From assembly GCF_006345805.1 (NCBI RefSeq), contig NC_043009.1, positions 6,510,001 through 6,574,000 of the forward strand: a stretch of 64,000 bases of DNA, read 5' to 3'. Below are positions 12,577 through 23,416 of the stretch, in pieces; the stretch's first letter is position 1, and every line of letters starts with the position of its first letter. The notes under the pieces were generated by a model. That model was given only the letters and a program-made list of their open reading frames with translations, ran no database searches and was not told the origin of the DNA. Made by a program: the position numbers and the translations under genes. The stretch is from Octopus sinensis (lineage: Eukaryota).

Positions 12577-12800
12577 GAGTGTGCGTGTGTGTGTGTGTGT
12601 TTATGCCTGTATTTGTCCCCGACCGGCACTTGACAACTGGTTTTGGTTAGTTTACGTCCCGGTAATATAGCGGCGGCTCGCCAAAATACCCTCGACAGAA
12701 TAACATCCTGACCTTACAAAACTAAAAAAAAAAAAGGTACCAGCTTCGATTCTTCCTACTTCAATTCCTTCAACGAGGTGTCCCAATATGACTGCAGACT
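12279..12800 (+). mobile_element. tRNA-derived SINE family A (GGCGCAGGAGTGGCTGTGTGG-type head), diverged, internal TA/GT microsatellite
   Basis: Alignable to the 17879-18283 copy (head, TAGACGGAAACTGAAA core, GACAAC..GTTTACGTCCC segment). Confidence 0.8.
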
Positions 12801-13200
12801 GATATAAGTGGGGGGAAAAAACAGAGAAAATAAGGGTGCATATGAGAAAAGAAAGAAATAAAATCCTTTCAGAAATTGATCGTGGTGATCAGAGTAAAAG
12901 GGAGATAATTTCATTAACTTAAGAACGATATTCACGGGAAACCGCATTTATCATATCGACGTGAAAATCCTTATATTGTGTCAGCTTGTGAGTGTTCATA
13001 ACCAGCATTCTATTTACATATTTCTTTCCGTAGAAAATTATTTTTATAGATAGTTGACCTAACAAAGTCGTCTTAACAGCAGTAACTTATTTGAAGGAAT
13101 ACTTATAAGAATAAGCAACTTATGCCTTCATTAGAAAGCCTTCGTTAGATGCTCACCGCTCTCTATCAGTGGCGAAATGCGTCGGCTAGTAATATACAAC

Positions 13201-13370
13201 GGCGAGCTGAGTGAATATTTAGCACCCCGGGCAAAATGCTTAGCGGCATTTTGTCCGTCTTTACTTTCTGCGTTCAGATTCCACCAAGGTCGACATTACC
13301 TTTCATCATTTCGGAGTCGATAAAATAAGTACCAGTACAGCACTGGATTCGGAGAGTAAATCGACTTTGT
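13201..13370 (+). mobile_element. tRNA-derived SINE family B (GAGCTGGCAGAA..GAGTTCAAAT..GAGGTCGACTTTGCCTTTCATCC type)
   Basis: Alignable to the copies at 63890-64000 and 52658-52881. Confidence 0.75.
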
Positions 13371-14019
13371 TTTTAATTTTTTGTCAAAAATTACTGCGGC
13401 GGAATCTAAAGGAAAGCAACCTCTGCAGCAAAGCGATAGGTTGTGATGGAAAGTTCGAGAACTTTGAAAATATTTGCAATATACGTAAAGGGTATCCTAA
13501 CGAAATTTCATTCTATCTCTATTAATTATTTCCTTAATCATTTAAAAGTCACTGTAGATATTCATAGGAAAACTAAAATAGCAAAACTCAAGTCACATAG
13601 ACTATCATTTATACAGAGTTATAAGAGCATCTTGGCCTGTTAGTAATATTGATGTTACATCAGCGTTATCTTGTGAGGGTTAACTTAATGAATAAATACG
13701 AAGTTAATCTAGTTAACTTCGTTAGGAAATCTTTAGAACCGAGATATACTTGCAAGCTAGAAGTATGTGCTAAAAAACGAAAATCCATTATTCACATTTT
13801 CAACACTTATCAGCAATAAATTAATTCATTTTCAGAAAATAATTTAATCTAGAATACATATTTTTTTTTAAATTATATAATATAGGAGCAAAAAAAAATA
13901 TTTGACAGTTCATATTTTGTTTAATATAGATCGACTGTGTCGAGTTTTGGAAGTGACTTAACTGGGATAAGTTCATAAATACTGGTTATTACAAGGCAGC
14001 CGAGAACCGTATAAATATA

Positions 14020-14198
14020 AGCGCATGCGTAACTATGTAGTAAATTTGCTTCCGAACCACTTCGATCTGGGTTCAGTCCCACTGTATGGCACCTTGGTTA
14101 GGTATCATCCACTAAAACCTCCGGTCGAACAAAGCTCTGTAGATGAATTTAGTTGACGGAACTGAAACAAATCTATCTTTATTTCTGTGTGTCTGTAT

Positions 14199-14240
<42 letters not shown>
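14020..14240 (+). mobile_element. Decayed SINE family A 5' half
   Basis: GGGTTCAGTCCCACTGTATGGCACCTTGG B-box region and GACGGAACTGAAA core. Confidence 0.65.
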
Positions 14241-14248
<8 letters not shown>

Positions 14249-14474
14249 AGCGCGCACTCGTTTGTGTGTATGTCTGTATGCCTATGTTATTCAGGGTTTT
14301 ACGTTATCGATCAGCAAAGAGGTGTGAGTATTTACTCACGAGGGGATCTAAGGTTACAGTTGGTGAAGGATTTCACCTTCAATAGAGTTAGAAATATATA
14401 TTGAATCCGAAAGTACACATATACATATATGCATGTAATAAAATGGCGGAAATAATTTGTTATCTCTTTTCATG

Positions 14475-14475
<1 letters not shown>

Positions 14476-14533
<58 letters not shown>
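14476..14533. repeat. (AAT)n microsatellite
   Basis: Direct reading. Confidence 0.95.
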
Positions 14534-15244
14534 GAGGACATATTTCCATGCTGACATTTAATAAGGTGCTAGTGAGATGGCATAAGCTTCCGCAAATAAA
14601 AAAAATGCATTCTGCATCTCATACGATATATGAATACTCTTGGTTTTCCGAAATTATTTCATTTAATAAATTATTTCAATATTTAATTTCATTTATGTTT
14701 TCATAATTTATTCATTATATAAAACACAATATCAGCTGCGTTGGCAGAGGTGTGTGTGCGAGCGCGCGCATGTGTGTGTGTGTGTGTGCGTGTGTGTGTG
14801 TGTGTGTGTGCGTGCGTGTGTGTATGTGTGTGCCCTGAATGCTTCCAAACAAGTATACCGTACTTATACAAATTTTGGAACGAAAATTATTAAAAAATGT
14901 ATCTGAAGTTTATGATATTAAACATAACAATATGGAACAAATAACGATATTTTAAAGTTATAAAATGCAAGACTCCATCGTGCATTCTTACGTTAATTAA
15001 TCCGCTTGGTCTTGTTGCTTATAACATTTAAATATTATTCTACTAATAACCATCTGTTAGGGATGCGTTATTTAAAACGCTCGCCATGTGCATCATTTTA
15101 CGTTCTAAGCAACACTCCCATTATGATATGTGTATGCCATAATGTAGTTTACAATTTCGGGAGTGGTAGCTACTTAATAACATCGACTGCCATTGCTCAA
15201 CTTGTATTTAATGTATCGATTCCGAAAGAGATAAAAGCCAAAGT

Positions 15245-15530
15245 GGACCCCTGCGGTCTTTGAATTCGGAACGTAAGGACAGACGAATTACCTATTTCTT
15301 TACTAGCCACAAGGGGCGAAGCACAGAGAGGACAAACAAGGACAGACAAACGGATTAAATAGAGTATATCAACCTCAGTGCGTAACTGGTATTTATTTAA
15401 TCGACCACGAAAGGATGAAAGGCAAAGTCGACCTCGGCGGAATTTGAACTCAGAACGTAGCGGCAGACGAAATACCGCGAAACATTTTGCTCGGCGTGCT
15501 GTCGATTCTGCCAGCTCGCTCACTGCCTTA
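15245..15530 (-). mobile_element. SINE B with Tx1-like 3' tail followed directly by the internal part of a second SINE B
   Basis: Minus strand: head, body, tail ..CCTTGTTTGTCCTCTCTGTGCTTCGCCCCTTGTGGCTAGTAAAGAAAT, then AGGTAATTCGTCTG..GAATTCAAA (SINE B resuming between the A and B boxes). Confidence 0.8.
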
Positions 15531-15751
15531 CACGAGCGCCATAACATTCCTCAACTATATCGCGTGTGAGGCAAATATCACGGTTTTTTTCTTCCTCCGC
15601 AACCCATCGGTGAATCTTTTTCTACCTAGTTTCGTAATAAAACTTAGATTTCTACACGAATGGAAGCGCACGCGCGCGTCTATTTATGTGTGCGAACAAG
15701 CAAGTTGTATAGGTTTATGAAGCAATGTGTACATGCTTCTTCGTCTGTTTA

Positions 15752-15783
<32 letters not shown>

Positions 15784-16264
15784 GTGTGTCTGCTGGTATG
15801 TGTGAACGTAGCTGCTATTTATTTCATTTTTTTTTTCTTTTAGCTAGATAAATAATTGTATGTTCATCGAAAATTCACTCCAGATATGTGATGAACAATC
15901 CCATGTTTTCTTTATAACCAAGATTTACCCATCATGTTTATTTAGATCACATAGACATATACAGATATACCCGACAACCTTTTGACTTGTTGTGCACTCT
16001 CAGATATTGCATATCTCGTTTTAGGTGAACCTAACTTGGTTCTGTTTAGGTTAATGTATGATTAATCATTATATTGCGCCTTGCACGTATTCATACATCT
16101 CAAATAATATTCCATCCTCAGAGCAAGCGAAAAGTATATTTATTATGACTTTATTCAGACAGTTTTTGGGGTTCCTTGTTTATATAATGTCACCTCCTCG
16201 TTACTTAAATTATGTGGCTACATGATTAAACTCAGCTCAATATTATTTGCGTAAAATGCGTTGA

Positions 16265-16470
16265 ATTGGCAGAAGCGTTACTACGCCGGGCAAAAGGCTT
16301 AATGGCATTTCGTCCGTCTGCATGTTCTGAGCTCAAATTCTGCCGAGGTCAACTTTGACTATCACCAGCTCGGGTTCGATAAAAATAACTACCACTAGAG
16401 CACTGGGTCGATTCAGTCGACTAAGCCGCCCCTTACCCATAAATACTGGCCTTGTGCGAAAATTTGAAAT
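16265..16470 (+). mobile_element. SINE family B
   Basis: TGGCAGAAGCGTTA..GAGCTCAAATTCTGCCGAGGTCAACTTTG; tail GGCCTTGTGCGAAAATTTGAAA. Confidence 0.75.
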
Positions 16471-16727
16471 AAATATCTGGTGAGTAGCTGAATAATCATC
16501 GCGATGTCTAGATATCCTATGAGCTGGTTTATGATAAATATTTCATTTATATCTTTATATGGAAAATGGGAAAATCTTTCGTTTTCGTGTAATTGTGATT
16601 AATCCTATTTCAAAGGTACCCACTAACTGTCGTGAAATTCTTAATTATCAGTGATATAATATCTTCTTCAGGTGGCACAGACTTTAACTGAGTAGGTTCA
16701 TGTGCGTTCATTTCAGCTATGTGTGAA

Positions 16728-16950
16728 GGCGGTGAACTGGCAGAATCGTTGACACGCCTCACAAACTGCTAATTAGCGTTTATTCCCGATACTTCACGTT
16801 CTGAGTTCAACTTTCACAGAGGTCGACTTTGTCGTTCATTCTTTCGGAGTCGATAAATTAAGTACCATTTTCAGCCCTGCGGACGATGTAATCAACTAGT
16901 TTTCTCCTCTAAAATTGCTTGCCGTGTATCAGAATTTGAAATCATTTTAA
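16728..16950 (+). mobile_element. SINE family B
   Basis: AAGGCGGTGAACTGGCAGAATCGTTG..CTGAGTTCAAC..GAGGTCGACTTTG. Confidence 0.75.
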
Positions 16951-16999
16951 GTATGCGTATGCGTCAGTCTAGATGTGTTTGTATGGACGTATTAATGTA

Positions 17000-17562
17000 T
17001 TGGGGTGTCCGGAAAGTTCGTGCTGATTTTTAAATGAAAGAAAAAAGGACAATAATTACTTGCCATTACATTTTTAATCAATCAAATATGAATTATTTTC
17101 TTGCACAATGCATCTCCATCTTTCCTTTAACTTGAAAATACCCACTTCTCAGAACTGAGGTGGTTTCATGGCAAAGAATTCATCAAGGTATCTTTTTACG
17201 TCATCCAAGGAATTGAATTTTTTACTATTAAGACTATTCTGCAGAGACCTGAATAAGTGGAAATCCGAAAGAGCAATATCTGGTGAATGTGGAGGATGAG
17301 GTAACACATCCCAGCCGAGCTGCAGCAGTTTTTGTCTGGTTCCCAAAACATCAAGTGCCGAAAACTTTCTTATCTTCCATTATAAAGGGTTACAGAATTA
17401 ACACAGGTTACAGGAACATAAATTTTCTTCCACGAAAAGATAGCTTAAACTGTGCTCTAAATGGAGGTGTAGTCAAATCCTATTTTATGGACTCAACCCT
17501 GTTCTAAAATAAGTCGAAAGGTAAGCTACTATAAATCGGCACGAACTTTCTGGACAACCCAA
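17000..17562 (-). mobile_element. Internally deleted mariner element with TIRs and TA target duplication
   Basis: TIRs TTGGGGTGTCCGGAAAGTTCGTGCTGATTT / AAATCGGCACGAACTTTCTGGACAACCCAA, flanked by TA. Internal LPHPPHSPDIALSDFHLFRSLQ matches the mariner YSPDLAPSDY motif. Confidence 0.9.
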
Positions 17563-17878
17563 TATATAGGAGTATGTGAAAATCAGTGAACTTCAATACA
17601 TTATCCAAAAAAAGATTAACAATTTTGCACGCAATGTATTGTGTATTGCGTTGTTTTTTCTTTTATTTCGAAATATCCCTTTGTTCTTTGTGGATCATAA
17701 AATGCTTTCTATACAATAGAATATTTCATAAAATATAATTAAAGAAATGTTAGCTGTTTTATTATACTTTATATTCCTACATCCTACAAATGTATCTTTG
17801 TGTGTGTGAATGTGTGTGTACGTCCCTGTTGGTCTACTGGTATTTATATAACTAAATATATACATACTTTGGTTTATA

Positions 17879-18283
17879 GGCGCAGGAGTGGCTGTGTGGT
17901 AAGTAGATTGTTTACCAACCACATGGTTCTGGGTTCAGTCCCACTGTGTGGCACCATGGGCAAGTGTTTTCTTCTATAGCCTCGGGCCGACCGAAGCCTT
18001 GTGAGTGGATTTGGTAGACGGAAACTGAAAGAAGCCCGTCGTATATATGTATGCGTGTGTGTGTTTGTGTGTCTGTGTTTGTCCCCCTAGCATTGCTTGA
18101 CAACCGATGCTTGTGTGTTTATGTCCCCGTTACTAAGCGGTTCGGCAAAAAAGACCGATAGAATAAGTACTGGCCTTACAAAAGAATTAGTTCCGGGGTC
18201 GAGTTGCTCGATTAAAGGCGGTGCTCCAGCATGGCCGCAGTCAAATGACTGAAACAAGTAAAAGAGTAAAAGAGTAAGAGTAA
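17879..18283 (+). mobile_element. Full-length SINE family A (uninterrupted reference, 'empty site' for the ORF1-only element)
   Basis: Head GGCGCAGGAGTGGCTGTGTGGTAAGTAGATTGTTTACCAACC with A box and B box (GGTTCAGTCCC). Tail GGCGGTGCTCCAGCATGGCCGCAGTCAAATGACTGAAACAAGTAAAAGAG. Confidence 0.9.
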
Positions 18284-19167
18284 GTGTATCGTTGAAAGCA
18301 TATCCGTTTTACTCGTATGCCTGCAGATGCTTACAGTAAAAGAGTATACTTATATATGTATGTGTATGTTGCATAAACACATACAGCTGCAAGTAAACTA
18401 GCAGATACGTACGCACACAGTTACACCCGCTCACACATACGCGCAGAGACAGACTCACATATGCATAGATATACACTTGGGTAGATTTACTACACGTATT
18501 AATATTCACTAGGTTATTTAATGCGTATGTATATAATAAAGTCGTTAAAAGATTATTTAAAGATAAGCGTATATACAGACATCTTTATTCCTATCACTCC
18601 TTGTATAGAGCAATACGCAATTGAATATAACCATTGATAGCGCAACAAAATAATATCTATAGAAAAATACTTCCGGTTTAATATATCCTGTATTTTCTTT
18701 CCTCTGTTACCCATTCGCCTACCGCAATAATCCTTACTTTATCTGCTCTGCATCTTCTTTTTCCGTTTCCTTTAGTAAAATAGTATATTCTTGTTCGTGT
18801 TATTATTATTATTTCTGGAATTACTATTATTACAATCATTTGTAATTCTCTTCATTTTATACTTTCTCTACTATTTTCTGTATCCATTTTCGTTTATATT
18901 CGTTCAGCGTTTCACCATGTTGCTTTTATTCCCTTTGAAAACGAGGTGATTTTTATATCAATATTTCCTCCAGTTTTTCTTAATCTGAAGTAATTTCGCC
19001 GCATAACCGAGAAAATGTTTCTTTTCTCAATTTACCCGTTTCATGTGTAATTCCCTCAAATGTTTTTAGAGGATGTCTTCAATATTCCGATATTAATATT
19101 CTCTCTTCACAAACATACATATACGTACAAAGATACATATACGTACAAAAGAGAGAGAGACAGGCAC

Positions 19168-19257
<90 letters not shown>

Positions 19258-19263
19258 GGATAA

Positions 19264-19480
19264 GTTTCTTTATTGGCCACACAGGGCTGCACAGAGATGG
19301 GACAAATTACAAGGTAGAGCTTTTCTTTTGGGGGATGAAAAAAAAAGTGGCGTAGGTTTTCGATCAAATGGGATCGTAAAAGGGAAAAAAGAAAAAAAGA
19401 AAAAAGAAGAAAAAAGAGGAAAAAAGGGGAAGAGGAAAAAAACGATCAACAGGGATCGTGTATCACAGTGTCATTATAAT
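19264..19480 (-). mobile_element. 3' UTR-only fragment of a related Tx1 subfamily inserted within (AGAT)n (19168-19263 and 19481-19589)
   Basis: Alignable to 937-1160; AGAT arrays on both sides. Confidence 0.88.
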
Positions 19481-19493
19481 AGATAGATAGATG

Positions 19494-19590
<97 letters not shown>

Positions 19591-19849
19591 AATTCTATAT
19601 GCAAAAATATGTGCGCTGTTGTGCGTGTATAATTTTCGGCACCTGGATACTAGCATGTTGCTATTTCTAGCCAAGAACATACGCATAGTAAGGACGAAGA
19701 TGAATTGTTAATCAATCAACATTTTAAGAATAAAAAAAATATCATTAATGAAATAAACAAAACAATTCAACAATTACTGAGTCTGTATTTTCATTGTCGT
19801 CTATATTTCATATTTAGATTATGAGAATGTTTGCCCAACTTGCAGGCAA

Positions 19850-20870
19850 TGGTCTATTTCTGAGGAGACGTCCCGCAGGAAACTATACTGGGATCACTAT
19901 TGTTTGTGGTAGCTTTCTATGACATGCTCTCAGCCAGTCAGTCAGTTAATTCCACCAGCTAAGCTGATGATACAAAAGTATCAAAACGGGTCAAGAATCC
20001 TGATAACATTCTAAAACAACAGAAAAAGATGAATGCAATATACATGTGGGCTCATGAAAATAACATGAATTTCAATGCTGAGAAATTGCAAGCACTCCAC
20101 CCTCGGATCACAGACTGCAACCGAAATAGAAAGGGCAAATAGGCAGTGCAATCCGGGTTTGTGATCTGGGAGTCCACATGCGTGATGATGAATCATTCCA
20201 GGCGCATTCCACTAATATAGCAACATTGTACAATCGAACAGTTGGAAGGATTCTGAGATTATTCAGAACCGAAAAAAGAATAGCATGGTACTCCTATAGA
20301 AAACTTGCATTCTTAGTCGTCCAGATTAGTGCTCCTAATTGTGCTCATGACAGAGTGTGAATCAGGTCGCGAAACATGGGGCAGTCCATCGCCACTACAC
20401 AATGAGACTACACTCGGTGCAATAGATGAGCTACTGTGAAAGGATAAATGAAGCTCTACTAGCTAGAGAGAAAACGCGAAGAGTATGCTGTCATACATTC
20501 CGAAAATCGTGGACCGGTATACCTCCCCACTTTGGAATTGAAAGCTATACCAAACACAGAAGCTATACCAACCACCGCCTTCTCTGTCTAGAATAATGAC
20601 CCTTACTATATCAGCTTAAGTATCGAGGGTCCACAACTATTTAACTTTTTGTGAACCAGTCTCAGATATTTGCGAGGTGTAAATATGAAGGTCTTCAAAG
20701 AACATCTGGATGTATTTATATCTGAGATATCAGATGAATCCACATGGCAACTGGAAGCACAGAGAAGAACAGCGCTGTTCAAGTCGTTTCTTCACCAGAA
20801 ACAAATTGTAGAAGAAACCAATCACAGAGAAAAGCGGTGCCCCAATAAAAGATAAAAGAAAAGAGATACT
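19850..20870 (+). mobile_element. Decayed CR1/L2-group LINE 3' portion
   Basis: Frameshifted DVPQETILGSLLF, (Y)ADDTK, WAHENNMNFNAEKL, GRILRLF and SYCERI..LERKRE.YAVI motifs typical of the CR1-like RT C-terminus. Confidence 0.75.
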
Positions 20871-21169
20871 TGAGGAATATAACATATGCAAACTGGGGAG
20901 ATCAGCATTTGAGTAAGACCTACTTTGTAGACTTCAAAATAGTTGTGTAGGGGATAAATGGTACCGACTGTGGGACACGTTTGTGAAGTGTTTTTTACTG
21001 TAGGTTCCATATCAACAGTAACTTGTGTGGGAATAATAAGTTGAGGGACGCATGTCTATTTTTGCGAAATTATATGTCATTAGAAGTGTGACTGCGTTCA
21101 TTTTTACTTGCATAAGATCCGGCATTTGTATCAAAATGCTTAGCTTTAGATTTCGCAATATACATACAG

Positions 21170-21396
<227 letters not shown>

Positions 21397-21439
21397 ATGT
21401 AAATTTAATGAGGAGAAGAAATATCCTGAAATTTGATGC

Positions 21440-21760
21440 CCACAACATTTCTCGAATATCCGAATTCTTTCTTAATGTTTTTGCAGAATAGATGTAATTT
21501 ATTACAGGTCAACAATTTTGTTTTGCACTTCCAACATCCTGTACTAACAAAGCAGCAGTTAGGTTGTTGCGAACTGCACCAAATGCCTTTACAAGAATCT
21601 CTATCTTTGTGTTCCAGAATGTTTTCATATCTCTGATCTCACTGCATAGGTACCGGTAATAACCTCTTTCTCAGTTCTATCCCTTGATATACAAGCTACT
21701 GTCGTATGGTACTACAACATCAGTTGTATGAACCCTCAGTAACATAGTGTGAAGTAATTT
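21440..21760 (-). mobile_element. Old R4/Dong-like (RLE endonuclease) LINE C-terminal remnant
   Basis: EIRDMKTFWNTKIEILVKAFGAVRNNL resembles the VIPIVVGALG-type RLE motif; followed by a SAKTLRK-like terminus. Confidence 0.45.
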
Positions 21761-21784
21761 TCGGCTTCAATGGAATAGAATAAA

Positions 21785-21836
<52 letters not shown>

Positions 21837-22024
21837 CATATGCATACATACATATATGCATATAATACATATATATATATATGTATATACATACATACAT
21901 ATATATATATATAGATAATGATATAGATAGATAAACAGATAGATCTATATATATACATATACATATATAAACATATATGTATAAATATATATGTATATAT
22001 ACTTACTCATATAGATATATACAT

Positions 22025-22140
<116 letters not shown>

Positions 22141-22163
22141 TGAATATATATATATATATATAT

Positions 22164-22367
22164 TACGGAGATGTACTCGCATAGCAAGTAATTTGATATG
22201 AGATCGTGTGCTGAAACGAAAACAATTGCAGCGTGGAAGGTGTTTATAAGCCATTTAAGAAACACACAAAAGCCGTTCGATTCACTTCAACATTTAAGTT
22301 TAATTTGTCAAAATATTTTCGTCGCTAAAATCCGCGACCTGTTCACTGACAAAGTCCGTGCTGCATC
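22164..22367 (-). mobile_element. ~200 bp non-coding repeat carrying a hammerhead-like motif (Penelope pLTR- or retrozyme-like)
   Basis: Reverse complement of 35855-36041; same termini (GATGCAGCAC.. and ..TACATCTCCGTA). Confidence 0.7.
22304..22353 (-). ncRNA. Minimal type I hammerhead ribozyme candidate with G3:C8 core variant
   Basis: TTTGTCA GTGAACA G GTCGC-GGATTTTA-GCGAC GAA AATATT T TGACAAA: 7-bp stem I, 5-bp stem II, palindromic stem III. Confidence 0.65.
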
Positions 22368-22394
22368 TAAGAAAGTAACAGTTAGTTCGTCATA

Positions 22395-22530
22395 TATACG
22401 TACGTATGTATGTGTGTATGTATGCATACATGTGTGTATGTATGTACGTATGCATGTACGCACATACGCCTGTGTATGTATGTATGTATGTATGTATGTA
22501 TGTATGTATGTATGTATGTATGTGTGTGTA
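22395..22530. repeat. (TATG)n microsatellite (also 22745-22870 and 43130-43390)
   Basis: Direct reading. Confidence 0.9.
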
Positions 22531-23342
22531 TATGCACGCACATACACTCTATAAAACATAAAGCTATAAACCTGTAGCGATGGATGGATGTAGAGTGACC
22601 ACTCATCACAAAGCTATCAAATTTCAACTTTCTACGGCCGAAGCTAGAAAGTGATTTATGACGCTTACTCTCAAAACTATACCCTAAAATTTATTATCAG
22701 ATTTTTATCTCTATATCACAGAACTATTGTTTTACTATTGTGCGTATGTATATATGTATGTGCGTATGTATGTATGTATGTATGTATGTATGTATGTATG
22801 TATGTATGTATGATGTATGTGTGTATGTATGTGTGTATGTACATACGTACGCATGTGCGTATGTATGTATACGCGCTCGTGTGCATGTGCCCATGTATAT
22901 ATATATATATATATATAATATTATATATATATATTATATTATATTATTTGTATATATATATGTACATACATATATGGATAGATGGATCTATATTTTCCTG
23001 TATAAATGCATTGTACTTAACATATTAAGGAAGAATAAAAATGTGTAGTATTTATAGGAATTCCTTTTGTATTTGAACACATAGTTTGAAAGAAATGAAT
23101 ATACAAAATATGATATTTAACTGCTAGAATATTTGTTATAAGTAAAAATTAGCCGAATTATCAATTTCATTCATTTTACTATTTCAAACAATAGAAATAA
23201 GTATGATACATTTACATTATTTTTGGTTAGTTCATAACATATCGACAACTCTATATGTAGCTGCCTATAACTATCTTTATGTATATATTTGTGTATATGT
23301 ATATACATACATACACACACATATATATATTTATATAAGCAT

Positions 23343-23375
<33 letters not shown>

Positions 23376-23379
23376 CATG

Positions 23380-23416
23380 GGCGCAGGAGTGGCTGTATGG
23401 TAAGTAGCTTGCTAAC
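23380..23416 (+). mobile_element. 5' head of a SINE A split by the ORF1-only element (rest at 25521-25910)
   Basis: GGCGCAGGAGTGGCTGTATGGTAAGTAGCTTGCTAAC; the last 13 nt are repeated at 25521-25533. Confidence 0.9.

Noticed and set aside
17879-17950. SINE heads as tRNA genes
   Set aside because: They have A/B boxes but no complete cloverleaf, and continue into SINE bodies repeated many times.
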